Shown here piece after piece: positions 27,427 to 36,723 of a stretch of DNA of 64,000 nt; position 1 is the first letter of the stretch; each line of letters opens with the position of its first letter. Origin of the DNA: Dehalococcoidia bacterium (lineage in GTDB: Bacteria > Chloroflexota > Dehalococcoidia > Lucifugimonadales > UBA3495); contig CBDFLW010000004.1 in assembly GCA_965249355.1 (NCBI GenBank), positions 446,653-510,652 on the forward strand, given 5' to 3'. A model generated the notes under the pieces. That model was not told the origin of the DNA. It worked only from the letters and a program-made list of their open reading frames with translations, and ran no database searches. The position numbers were made by a program, and so were the translations under genes.

Positions 27427-27541
27427 TCTCCCTCTCCCTCCGGGAGAGGGTTGAGGTGAGGTTGAAAGGCCCGGGGCTATACGATGGCGGCTCACGAAAG
27501 GGAACGCCCCCACCCTAACCCTCCCCCAGAGGGAGAGGGAA
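27427..27541. repeat. convergent pair of REP-A units
   Basis: tctccctctccctccgggagagggttgaggtgagg (27427-27461) and cgcccccaccctaaccctcccccagagggagagggaa (27505-27541, reverse orientation). Confidence 0.8.
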
Positions 27542-27594
27542 CAAATGAAAGACCCTGAACCGCATTTGGAACTCCCTCCGATTGTCCCCACGTC

Positions 27595-27885
27595 TCATGC
27601 TTGCCCGCCCCGGCGTATAATTTCATCAACCAAACTGGGAGATTCCAGCATTTTGGCGAAGGCGGCATCAAACTCAGGGGTACGGCCATAGCGGGTCCTT
27701 AGAAACCGAAAGTGACAACTCTCGCATAGCCACTCTCCCGAGTTCCTCTCCTTACCCTCGTACCAACGCAGATAGTCTGCTGGTACAGCACCATCATGCC
27801 AGCCATCCCCTGGACAATTGTACAGTTGCTCGGGTGTGGGCAGAGGGGCCGACTCCCAAGGCTTCTCGTTCATGTCGTCAGTCAT
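27595..27885 (-). CDS. hypothetical protein
   Basis: MTDDMNEKPWESAPLPTPEQLYNCPGDGWHDG... Sensible composition, lower GC than the neighbours, no recognised motif. Confidence 0.45.
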   Translation of the reverse strand: MTDDMNEKPWESAPLPTPEQLYNCPGDGWHDGAVPADYLRWYEGKERNSGEWLCESCHFRFLRTRYGRTPEFDAAFAKMLESPSLVDEIIRRGGQA

Positions 27886-27956
27886 GAGACCACCGCCACA
27901 CCTCAACACCGCTGGAATGCCTCAATTCTACCCGCTTTTTATCTGCGGCTGCAGTG

Positions 27957-28517
27957 TTAGTTGGCCCGCTGGGCCAGCCAGCGCTCGTTGGTCTCGGTGA
28001 AGGCGCGCATGGCCCCCTCGACGCTGTAGGGCATCTCGGGCGATGACTCATCGGCCCACTCGCTGCGGGGCTTGGCGAAGAAGTCGCCGCCGTAGATGTG
28101 TATGGCCCCGGTGTACATCTGGCGGGGATTGTGGACGGCATGTATGGCGTCGCGGCCCAGATTGATGGCGTCCTGCGACTGCAGCTCGCGGGAACCCGCC
28201 CGCTCCAGGCCCTGGCCGTCGCGGTTACGGCGGTAGAAGGTGTTGTCCTCCTGGCCGCCGTAAAGGCCTATGACGGCCCAGAGCTGGTGGTCGTGGGGGT
28301 AGATTGCCATTCCCGGAGGCCAGATCACGTTGATGATGGTCAGCTCTTCCGACCTGTGGAGGGTGGTGATTCCTCCGTCCTCGGGCGTACCCAAGGCGGC
28401 CTCGATCTCTTTCGGCTTGGCGACGGCGGAGCTCAGCAACTCCTTTACCGCCAGTTCGGGCGTATGTTCGTCCAAGGCGCTTCGGCAAGCGGCGACGAAT
28501 TCATCTACGTCAAACAT
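27957..28517 (-). CDS. cupin / double-stranded beta-helix metal-dependent enzyme (cysteine-dioxygenase-like, COG5553 type)
   Basis: ...IWPPGMAIYPHDHQLWAVIGLYGGQEDNTFY...HAVHNP... Confidence 0.65.
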   Translation of the reverse strand: MFDVDEFVAACRSALDEHTPELAVKELLSSAVAKPKEIEAALGTPEDGGITTLHRSEELTIINVIWPPGMAIYPHDHQLWAVIGLYGGQEDNTFYRRNRDGQGLERAGSRELQSQDAINLGRDAIHAVHNPRQMYTGAIHIYGGDFFAKPRSEWADESSPEMPYSVEGAMRAFTETNERWLAQRAN

Positions 28518-28646
28518 TGATACTATTCCTCACAACTTACTAAGAGGGGCACCAATAGTTGCGCCCCGTAATGTTTCTCTTGGACCGCGGCACCGATTGC
28601 GAGGACGAGCTTGCAGCTATGCGCCCTCGCATTGGGCTAACGTGGG

Positions 28647-29507
28647 CTAGATCAGGTCGGCGAGCCGTTCCAGTTGGTCCATATCGGAAACGCTGGGCAG
28701 GAAAACGACCTCGTCCATTCCGATGCCTTCCATGTCCCGGATGGTGTCCTTGACGGCTTCCGGAGTGGATATGGCGTTCTGGGCCATTGTCTCCGCCGCG
28801 TCGCCCAGGAAGGAGTAGTAGTGGCGGATATACCCGCCCACCTTGTCGGCGGCGTCGGGGCCCAGGGCGTAAGATGCAACGCCGGCGAGGCGGGGACTGC
28901 CGGTGCGGCCCTCTGCATCCCACGACTCGAGGGCGACGCTGTACAGCTGCTCCACCGCGGCGGCGTTGGCAGCGGCGGCGATGAAACCGTCGGCGTAGCG
29001 GCCGACGCGCCGTACGGCTTGCGGCGTGCCCGCGCCGATCAGGACCTCGGGGCCGCCAGTCTGCACCGGCGGCGGTCCCATCGCGCCCAGTCCCTCTGAC
29101 ACGACCTCACCATTCCAGATGCGTCGCATGGTGGCCAGGGTGCGGTTCATCTGCCGTCCGCGCTGCTGGTACTCCGCAGGCGCGGCCTGGTAGTCGTCCG
29201 GACGGCGTCCCACGCCCACCCCCAAGGTCAGGCGGCCGCCGGAGATCGCGTCGAGGCTGGCCGTCTGCTTGGCCAATATTCCGGGATTGTGCAGCGGCGC
29301 CAGCAGCACGCATGTCAGCAATCGCACCCTGCTGGTGGCCCCGGCCGCCGCCGACAGCACCACCAGTGGCTCGTAGTTGTCATACACCAACCGGTCGATA
29401 GTGCCTAAGCTGGAAAACGGACCGGCGTCGGCTCGCCGGGCCCATTCCAGGATGATGTCCCCCCTGGTGCCCGGCACGTTCCCAGGCAATCCAATTCCAA
29501 CCTTCAC
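28647..29507 (-). CDS. LLM-class (luciferase-like) flavin/F420-dependent oxidoreductase
   Basis: MKVGIGLPGN...LLTCVLLAPLHNPGILAKQTASLDAISGGRLTLGVGVG. Confidence 0.8.
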   Translation of the reverse strand: MKVGIGLPGNVPGTRGDIILEWARRADAGPFSSLGTIDRLVYDNYEPLVVLSAAAGATSRVRLLTCVLLAPLHNPGILAKQTASLDAISGGRLTLGVGVGRRPDDYQAAPAEYQQRGRQMNRTLATMRRIWNGEVVSEGLGAMGPPPVQTGGPEVLIGAGTPQAVRRVGRYADGFIAAAANAAAVEQLYSVALESWDAEGRTGSPRLAGVASYALGPDAADKVGGYIRHYYSFLGDAAETMAQNAISTPEAVKDTIRDMEGIGMDEVVFLPSVSDMDQLERLADLI

Positions 29508-29598
29508 GTCATTCTCCCGTTTCGCTCTGGCTCTCAGGGTTCGAAAGCCGATGAGAATCAGAACGACATTTCAGGCTGCGAGTTCTTCCCCCGGAGGG

Positions 29599-30756
29599 CT
29601 AGATGAACTCCAGCTTCTCGAAATTGCCGCCCACGATTGGCTGGGCGTCCAGTGCCAGCCACTTTTCGGCGAGCGTGGCGTAAACGCTGCGGAAATCGAC
29701 CTGGAAGTGCAGGTCGCCGTCCAGCAGGGTGTCCTCCTTCAGCGACGGATAGATGCCATGCATGCCGCCGGCCACGGCGTCGCCAATGACGAAGGCCGCA
29801 CCGCCCGAGCCATGGTCGGTGCCGGAGCCGTTGTCCTTCACCCGTCGGCCGAACTCGGTGAACACCAGCATGATCGCGTCTGCCGAAGCGTCGTGCTCCC
29901 GCATGTCGGCGAAGAAGTCATTGATTCCCTGGGCCAGTTCGCTCAGTAGCTGGCTCTGCACCGGCATCTGGCCCGAGTGGGTATCGTAGCCCGCCTGGGC
30001 GGTGTAGAAGACGCGGGTTCCCAGGCTTGCCAGGTGAGTCTTGGCGATGCTGCGCAGGTTCTGAGCGATTGGGGCCTCGGCGTATTCGACGGTCGAGGAG
30101 TAGCTGGCAGTCTCGTTCCTGAGGATGTCCGCCCCCTTGAGCGCATCGGCGCCGGTTCGCCCCAGGTAGTCGAGAGCTGGGCCGGCCCCGATGGCGGGCG
30201 AATACATGCGAGCGAACACGTCCAGTGCCCGGGAGCGTCGCTCCTCGTCGGTGATGCCGGTCAGGAAGCCGTGATTTTCCAGCGAACCAACCGAGGCCAC
30301 CGGCACGCCGGCCAGTGCCATTGCCCGGGGCAGGCCGCGGCCAAAGTTCACTCCGGTGAGCACGTTCTCGCCGTGAGGATCAAGATCGCGGATGACCTTG
30401 CCCAGCCAACCCTCGGTGGCGACGCGTTCCGGTTCGCAGGTGTGCCAGATGTCCATGGCCCGGAAATGGGAGCGGTTGGGATTGGGATAGCCGATCCCGT
30501 TGATAACCGCCACCCTTCCGTCGTCGTAAAGCTCCTTAAGCGGTGCGAGGACGGGGTTGAAGCCGTAGTGTCCGTCAATGGGCAGCACGTCTGCGACTGA
30601 TACGCGCACTGTGGAGCGGTTATCCGCATAGAGCGGATCCCCGTAGGGCACCACGGTGTTCATGTAATCGTTTCCGCCGGTCAACTGGACCACTATAAGA
30701 ACCGGGTCCCGGTGTACGCTGGTCATAGTCCCCTCCGTGTAAAAGGACTTCTCCAA
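29599..30756 (-). CDS. DUF1501 domain-containing protein (sulfatase-fold)
   Basis: VVQLTGGNDYMNTVVPYGDPLY, GYDTHSGQ, FTEFGRRVKDNGSGTDHGSGG. Confidence 0.8.
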   Translation of the reverse strand: MEKSFYTEGTMTSVHRDPVLIVVQLTGGNDYMNTVVPYGDPLYADNRSTVRVSVADVLPIDGHYGFNPVLAPLKELYDDGRVAVINGIGYPNPNRSHFRAMDIWHTCEPERVATEGWLGKVIRDLDPHGENVLTGVNFGRGLPRAMALAGVPVASVGSLENHGFLTGITDEERRSRALDVFARMYSPAIGAGPALDYLGRTGADALKGADILRNETASYSSTVEYAEAPIAQNLRSIAKTHLASLGTRVFYTAQAGYDTHSGQMPVQSQLLSELAQGINDFFADMREHDASADAIMLVFTEFGRRVKDNGSGTDHGSGGAAFVIGDAVAGGMHGIYPSLKEDTLLDGDLHFQVDFRSVYATLAEKWLALDAQPIVGGNFEKLEFI

Positions 30757-30874
30757 TCGAGCCTGTTGGTGTAATTGTATGCGGTCAGAGGGCAGGTTTC
30801 AAACGACTTCCCGTTCGGATCAGGACAACAGTAAAGGCCCCGGGGATGTCAGGGCCTCAATAAATTTCACAGGT

Positions 30875-30952
30875 TGGCAGGAGCGGCAGGATTCGAACCC
30901 GCGACCACTGGTTTTGGAGACCAGCGCTCTGGCCAAACTGAGCTACGCTCCT
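30875..30952 (-). tRNA. tRNA-Trp (anticodon CCA), CCA encoded
   Basis: Hand-folded: AGGAGCG-TA-GCTC-AGTTTGGCCA-GAGC-G-CTGGT-CTCCAAA-ACCAG-TGGTC-GCGGG-TTCGAAT-CCTGC-CGCTCCT-G-CCA. Confidence 0.9.
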
Positions 30953-31213
30953 GCGTTGTCATTTGATTTTAGCGCAACACCCTCCGCTTTTCAACGTGGA
31001 CCAGGTTTCCTTCCGGGTCCTTTAATTGCCGTTACCTCAGCGTGCAGAACTCTGTCACTCTGAGCGCAGCGAGGAGTCTCACACACGGAGGAGAGACCCT
31101 TCGCTGCACTCTGGAAAACAATTGGAATACCCTTGGGTTCTCTGCCGGCGCTATCGCAATTGGCTGGATTAGTAGGCCGTCACCCTAGAATTGATGGACG
31201 AGTCACCGGGCTC

Positions 31214-31312
31214 CGTCATTCCGGCCTTGAGCCGGAATCCGGGAACCCTGGCGGTGTTTACGTTGGCCTTTCCCCAGCCCTTCTGGATTCCGGCTCAAGG
31301 CCGGAATGACGA
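31214..31312. repeat. inverted pair of REP-B units
   Basis: cgtcattccggccttgagccggaatccggg (31214-31243) and ctggattccggctcaaggccggaatgacga (31283-31312). A third repeat type (gtcactctgagcgcagcgaggag at about 31055 and ctcatcctgagcttgtcgaaggatg at about 31487) flanks them. Confidence 0.75.
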
Positions 31313-31677
31313 TATAGTCCCCTGAATGACGATAAAGTCTTTGGCAGTCATCAATTCAATAAAGTGGTACTACTAGAGTCGCGATTCCCGACTTCGCCGG
31401 AGTGTTGATTCTTTCACTGAATGGAAGGTGTTGCACCATGCATCCAGGACGAATGCCAAAGTGACGCCGCTTATTGATTTCTGCTCATCCTGAGCTTGTC
31501 GAAGGATGCCGGTTCAAGCAATCGATGGTTGTTCGGCAGGCTCACCGTGAGCGAATAGAAAAAGACTTTGCAATCGTCCTGCAATGCATCTGCGGTAGCC
31601 CTGGCTTCCCTGACGCGGCTGGGCCGTCAATCCGGCCCCTCGCGGGGGGTCTTGCCGGCCACAGAGGAGCGGCGGCG

Positions 31678-32652
31678 CTACCGGTCCGGCGGTGGTCCCT
31701 GTACCGGGTATTCGAAGTATGCGGCCGTCACGAGGAAGTGGATCTCATCGGCGTACTCGTCCACCACGCGCAGCAGATCGACGCGGTCTTCCCTGTCCGG
31801 CCATTCATTGTTGATCAGCGACGAGAGGCGGCCCGACAGGCGCTGCACGGCATGGCTGGAGTGCCGTCGTGGGCCCCGCCCGATCTTATCGATCTCGGAG
31901 AAGACCAGGTTGACCGACCGGCACAGCGACTCGGGCAACAGGGGATCGCTGACCAGCAGATCGAGCACGCGGCTGGGTATTATCTCGGCCTTGTGAACGT
32001 GGTGATACACCTCCAGGGCGTGGAAGATGCGCAATAGTGAGATCCAATCGGCCTCGTAGACCTCTCCCTCCTCGTTTGCGCCAAGGTCTACCTGCGAAAC
32101 CAACAGAGACGACACGCTTTGGACTCGCTCCACGTACCGGCCCAGCTGGAGGAAGCTCCAGCCTTCGTCGTGGTACATGGTCGACTCGGTCAGACCGCCG
32201 AAGGTGTTGATCTCCGAGGCTGTTTCCTCATAGAAGGCCGTTGGCTCCCAGCGCCAGACGCTGGCCATGTTCTGTTGCTGCAGTTTCTGGAAGGAGGTGT
32301 TGAGGCTGGTCCAGACCTCGGGGCTGATACAGTGCCGCGTGTCGCGCGCGTTCTCCCGGCCCAAAGCAAAGCAACTGTATACCGAGTCCTGGTTGGAGTG
32401 CTCGAATGTCAGGTCGTCGGCCAGGGCGAAGGAATCGGCAAGGGCGAAATCCTCATCGCCGAACAGGTCGACCCTGCCGCCCGGAGGCTCGCGTTTGATA
32501 CTGGAGTAGATGCGGTTCCAGCCGAAATGTATCTCACGGACCGGCCGGTCCACCAAGGCCTCGGACTGCAGCCGCAACAGGCGGCAGAGATGCCCGGCGC
32601 GCTCGAGGTAGCGTCCGATCCAGTAGAGGCTCTGTGCGTGGCGGGAAAGCAT
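31678..32652 (-). CDS. alpha-E domain-containing protein (DUF403)
   Basis: MLSRHAQSLYWIGRYLERAGHLCRLLRLQ... Confidence 0.85.
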   Translation of the reverse strand: MLSRHAQSLYWIGRYLERAGHLCRLLRLQSEALVDRPVREIHFGWNRIYSSIKREPPGGRVDLFGDEDFALADSFALADDLTFEHSNQDSVYSCFALGRENARDTRHCISPEVWTSLNTSFQKLQQQNMASVWRWEPTAFYEETASEINTFGGLTESTMYHDEGWSFLQLGRYVERVQSVSSLLVSQVDLGANEEGEVYEADWISLLRIFHALEVYHHVHKAEIIPSRVLDLLVSDPLLPESLCRSVNLVFSEIDKIGRGPRRHSSHAVQRLSGRLSSLINNEWPDREDRVDLLRVVDEYADEIHFLVTAAYFEYPVQGPPPDR

Positions 32653-32728
32653 GGGCGTCTCCTGCTATGGGCTGGAAGGAACTCGTGCCGGCCAGGATAT
32701 ATGTTGCTGGCCTGGATAGAGGCAAGCC

Positions 32729-34189
32729 TTACTCAGGCTGGCCCGCGGGTTGATTCCCCTCCTGCAACACCCAGACGTCCTTGCCGCCGCCGCCCTGGCT
32801 CGAGTTGACCACCAGGCTGCCCCGGCGCAGCGCTACGCGGCAGAACGCGCCGGGAACGATCCGGGTTTGACGCCCGGTGAGGATGAACGGGCGCAGGTCA
32901 ACGTGACGCGGCTCGAACCTCCCCTCGATTAGGCAGGGAGAGCGTGACAGATCCAGCACCGGTTGGGCAATGAACCCCTGGGGATCGGCCCGAAGTACCT
33001 TGGCGTATTCGTCCCGCTCCTGCTGCGTGGCGTGCGGGCCGATGATCATGCCGTAGCCGCCCGACTCCCCGACCCGCTTGACCACCAGGTTAGCCAGATT
33101 GTCCAGGGTGTATTCGAGGTCCTCGGGCCGCCGGCACAGGTATGTATCCACATTCTTCAGCAGCGGCTCCTGACCGAGGTAGTAGCGGATCATGTCTGGC
33201 ACGTAGGCGTACACGCTCTTGTCGTCGGCCACGCCCGTGCCTGGAGCGTTGGCCAGGGTCACGTTGCCCAGCTGGGCCGCATCGATGAGCCCACTCACGC
33301 CGAGCAGGGAGTCAGGCCGGAACACCAGCGGGTCAAGAAAGTCATCATCTACGCGGCGGTATATCACATCCACCTGGCGGAGACCCTCCGTGGAGCGCAT
33401 GTAGACTATGCCGTTGCGGACCACCAGGTCCCGCCCTTCAACCAGTTCCGCGTCGATCTCGCGGGCCAGGAACATATGCTCGTAATAGGCGGAGTTGTAG
33501 ACGCCGGGGGTGAGCAGCGCGATGACCGGGTCGCTCTTGCCTCCCGGGGCCAGTTCCATGAGGGTGGTGCGCAGCAGGGCGCCGTACTGTTCGACTTCCT
33601 GAACGCGCGCGCTGCGGTAGATGCGGGGGAGGCTGGCTTTGGCCGCCTTGCGGTTCGCGATCATGTAGGACACGCCGGAGGGTACCCTGAGGTTGTCCTC
33701 GAGCACGTGGAAGCCGCTGTTGGTGCGGACCACGTCCGTTCCGCAGACCGCGACCCAGGTCCCAAACGGGGCAGAGAAGTCCTGCATCTCCGGGCGGTAT
33801 TGTGGACAGCCCTTGACCATTTCCGCAGGGACCACGCCGTCGTCAATGATCCGTCCTTCGCCATAGACGTCTTCGAGAAAGAAATTGAGCGCTCTTATCC
33901 GCTGTGTCAGCCCGTCGGCGACTCCCTGCCACTCTGCCGAGGGGAGCATGCGCGGAATGGGATCGACGGGGATGATGCGCTCTTCGGCCTCTGCATCGCC
34001 GTACACGGCGAGGGAGATGCTTTCCCGGGAGATGGTCCGGTTGACGCGTCCCTGTATGCTGGCAAGCTGGTCGGCCGACAGACGGCCCAGGGCATCATAC
34101 AGCGCCCTGGCGTGGTCTCGGGGTTCGCCATCCTGCTTGAACATCTCGTCGTAGATGGCTGGGTCGAGCTTGTAATTGTCGAAACTCAC
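32729..34189 (-). CDS. circularly permuted type-2 ATP-grasp protein
   Basis: 486 aa with the typical layout ...FGTWVAVCGTDVVR...LEDNLRVPSGVSYM...GGYGMIIGP... Lies directly upstream of the alpha-E gene. Confidence 0.85.
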   Translation of the reverse strand: MSFDNYKLDPAIYDEMFKQDGEPRDHARALYDALGRLSADQLASIQGRVNRTISRESISLAVYGDAEAEERIIPVDPIPRMLPSAEWQGVADGLTQRIRALNFFLEDVYGEGRIIDDGVVPAEMVKGCPQYRPEMQDFSAPFGTWVAVCGTDVVRTNSGFHVLEDNLRVPSGVSYMIANRKAAKASLPRIYRSARVQEVEQYGALLRTTLMELAPGGKSDPVIALLTPGVYNSAYYEHMFLAREIDAELVEGRDLVVRNGIVYMRSTEGLRQVDVIYRRVDDDFLDPLVFRPDSLLGVSGLIDAAQLGNVTLANAPGTGVADDKSVYAYVPDMIRYYLGQEPLLKNVDTYLCRRPEDLEYTLDNLANLVVKRVGESGGYGMIIGPHATQQERDEYAKVLRADPQGFIAQPVLDLSRSPCLIEGRFEPRHVDLRPFILTGRQTRIVPGAFCRVALRRGSLVVNSSQGGGGKDVWVLQEGNQPAGQPE

Positions 34190-34376
34190 TGCGTCAGCTC
34201 TTCACTGGCAGGCTGATTCGTCCAGTCTGTGCTGGTTGAGACGTTCATTGGCACATTTATATTATACAGCGTTGCGAAACCGGTAACCCGGCCAGCGCGA
34301 AAAACCGGCAGTTGTCCGAACCTGCCGGTTTTCTCTCCGGAACGCGGTGGCCGCCCAATCCGCCGAAGTCTTGTGC

Positions 34377-36677
34377 CTATATGGACGCGGTTGCGGGGGC
34401 GCCGCCCGCTTCGGCGTCAGAATGCACCACCTCGGGCGGAGGTGTTCTCGGAATGGTGAGATGTATCTCGGTGAATTCGTCCGGTTCGGATTCCACCTGG
34501 ATGGTCCCGCCGTGCTGCCGGATGATGTCGCTGGTAATTGCCAGGCCAAGCCCGGTCCCCTGGTTGGTTGGCTTGGTTGTGAAAAATGGATTAAAAATCT
34601 TTTCGATAATGTCGTGGGGGATGCCCGGGCCGTTGTCGCGAATGCGAATTTCCACCTCGTCCTCCATTCCACGGGTGGATACCAGGACGGTGGGCGTGTA
34701 ACCCTCGAATCCGACGCCGTCTGCGGCAAGCCTCCGCCGTTTTTCGTCTGTGGCCTGGCAGGCATTGCCGACGATGTTCAGGAAGGTCCTGCCCAGGTCC
34801 TGGGGGATAGCTTCAATTTCGCCCACATCCTTGTCCAGGTTCTGCTCTACGGTCAGCTGAAATTCGGGGTCGGTGGCCCTGGCGCTGTGGTAGGCCAGCA
34901 TGGCGTGCTCGACAAGCAGCGTGTTGAGGTCGATGGGCTGCCAGTTGTTGGAACCCCGGCCCATCAGCAACATATCGTTGACGATGCGGTTCGCCCGGTC
35001 TCCATGGTGTCTGATGCGTCCCAGGTTCTCCACCAGGTCTTTGGATATGTCCGTGATGAGGGCCAGGTCGGGACTCTCGCCTCCCTCCTCGATGACCTCC
35101 TGCATTTCCGAAAGAAGCTCCTCGGAGGATTCCGAGAAATTCTTGACGAAGTTCAGGGGATTGCGAATCTCGTGAGCAACGCCGGCAGTGACCTCACCCA
35201 GGGCTGCCAGCTTCTCCCGCATCACAATCTGGTCCTGCGCCGTATGAAGGTCCTCAAGTACGCTCTCCAGCTCCGTGTTCTTGCCCTCCAGCTCCGTGTT
35301 CAGCTCCTGCACCAGGTTCATGCGAAGGGCCTCCCGCGAGTTGTGCCGGAAGACCTCGAGGGCTGCGGCCATCTCCGCCAGCTCGTCGTGGCCAAGGACC
35401 TCCACCGCCTCCTCCAGTTGGCCGCCTGCCATGCGCCGCATCCTGTCCGACAGCAAATTGATGCGGCGGAGCAACACCCGCCCGACAAAGAGCCAGCTGA
35501 TGAGGAGGGCCGTGATTACACTGATGATGCTGATGGCCAGCAGCAACCTGATGCCGGTGGATATGGCCTGGTCCGAAGACTGGGTGGCCTGCTCTGCTGA
35601 AAGAGCAGCCGAGGCAACCAGTTCGTCGACCACGGTGGCGAGACTGGCCGTCTGCTGACGGCTCAGGTCGAGGAGAACGGCCTGTTCGCCACCCAGCAGG
35701 AGTTTCGAGTGCAGGACAAGGAATATACCTTCGCGAGACAAGCCCAGTTTCCTTATTTGGTCATACAGCGGGGCCAACTGTGATTCCAGCTCCTCATCGT
35801 CAAGCGCGGTCATATTGCGTTCGATTGAGGCGACAGAGGACTCAAACCGCTCTTCCTGCGCCTCCACAAGTGTGGGGTCGAAGATGCTGAAGACTGAGGA
35901 AAGTTGTTGCAGCGCTATGTTGGTGTCTGCCTGCAGGCCGGACAGGCGACGGTATGTCCCGAATTGCTCTTCCGAAAAGTGAATTTCATAGACGTCGACC
36001 ATTCCCCCCAGCTCGGTCCGGCCGGTGAGGATATAGAATAGCTCGTCATCAACCGCTGGAATCAGCACGGACTCCAGATCCGACTGCAGGGCCACCATTT
36101 CCTCCAGCAAATCGTCGGATGTGTCATTGAGGGAGAATCCCACCTCCTTGGTCCTGCGGATAGTTTCAAGGTAGGTCTCCAGGGCCTCGGAGTAAATCCG
36201 GACGCGACGGGAACGTTCCAGGTCTGCACTCTCCAGGTCGTGGAGATGAGCCTGGAAGTCCTCCCTGGCAGTGGTTATCTGCAGCCATACCTCGTCCAAT
36301 TCGTCAGGCGAGGCGGCTGTGGCAAGGCGGGGAGCGGCGGCTCCCAGGGAGCTGCTGTATTCGGCGACGCCGAAGGCCGCCGCCATGCCAGGAATACTGC
36401 TCTCATTTACCTCCGCCTGCGCCGCCCCAACCCGGTTGAAGCTGTACCAGCCGATGAGACTGGCCGCGACGGTCAGGGCTACCGCAACACCGAAAGCGGC
36501 GAAGAGTTGTGTGGAAATGCGAAACCGGAGCGCCAGCAGGCGTTTAGCAACTATCTCAAGACTCGGCGGCCGCCAACCCTTCATCCCCGCGAAAGCGGGA
36601 ATCCTCACCCAGCCAAACGACCGGCGGAGTTTCGGCAGACTTGACGCGTATTGAGATAGCTTCTTAAACAGGTCCAT
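34377..36677 (-). CDS. sensor histidine kinase (large extracytoplasmic region, HAMP, HisKA, HATPase_c)
   Basis: VAHEIRNPLN (H-box), NIVGNACQA, GTGLGLAI. The N-terminal about 35 codons include a REP-B copy (RIPAFAGMKG), so the true start may be further downstream. Confidence 0.85.
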   Translation of the reverse strand: MDLFKKLSQYASSLPKLRRSFGWVRIPAFAGMKGWRPPSLEIVAKRLLALRFRISTQLFAAFGVAVALTVAASLIGWYSFNRVGAAQAEVNESSIPGMAAAFGVAEYSSSLGAAAPRLATAASPDELDEVWLQITTAREDFQAHLHDLESADLERSRRVRIYSEALETYLETIRRTKEVGFSLNDTSDDLLEEMVALQSDLESVLIPAVDDELFYILTGRTELGGMVDVYEIHFSEEQFGTYRRLSGLQADTNIALQQLSSVFSIFDPTLVEAQEERFESSVASIERNMTALDDEELESQLAPLYDQIRKLGLSREGIFLVLHSKLLLGGEQAVLLDLSRQQTASLATVVDELVASAALSAEQATQSSDQAISTGIRLLLAISIISVITALLISWLFVGRVLLRRINLLSDRMRRMAGGQLEEAVEVLGHDELAEMAAALEVFRHNSREALRMNLVQELNTELEGKNTELESVLEDLHTAQDQIVMREKLAALGEVTAGVAHEIRNPLNFVKNFSESSEELLSEMQEVIEEGGESPDLALITDISKDLVENLGRIRHHGDRANRIVNDMLLMGRGSNNWQPIDLNTLLVEHAMLAYHSARATDPEFQLTVEQNLDKDVGEIEAIPQDLGRTFLNIVGNACQATDEKRRRLAADGVGFEGYTPTVLVSTRGMEDEVEIRIRDNGPGIPHDIIEKIFNPFFTTKPTNQGTGLGLAITSDIIRQHGGTIQVESEPDEFTEIHLTIPRTPPPEVVHSDAEAGGAPATASI
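36581..36606 (+). repeat. REP-B unit inside the annotated 5' end of the kinase ORF
   Basis: tcatccccgcgaaagcgggaatcctc. Confidence 0.7.
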
Positions 36678-36723
36678 CGTCAGCGCCCCGTAGGGATTGG
36701 ATGGGGATGGCCGATGCTATTAC

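Noticed and set aside
32963-35600. Two 417-aa plus-strand ORFs (32963-34216 and 34347-35600).
   Set aside because: They are antisense to the ATP-grasp and histidine kinase genes, which have clear family motifs.
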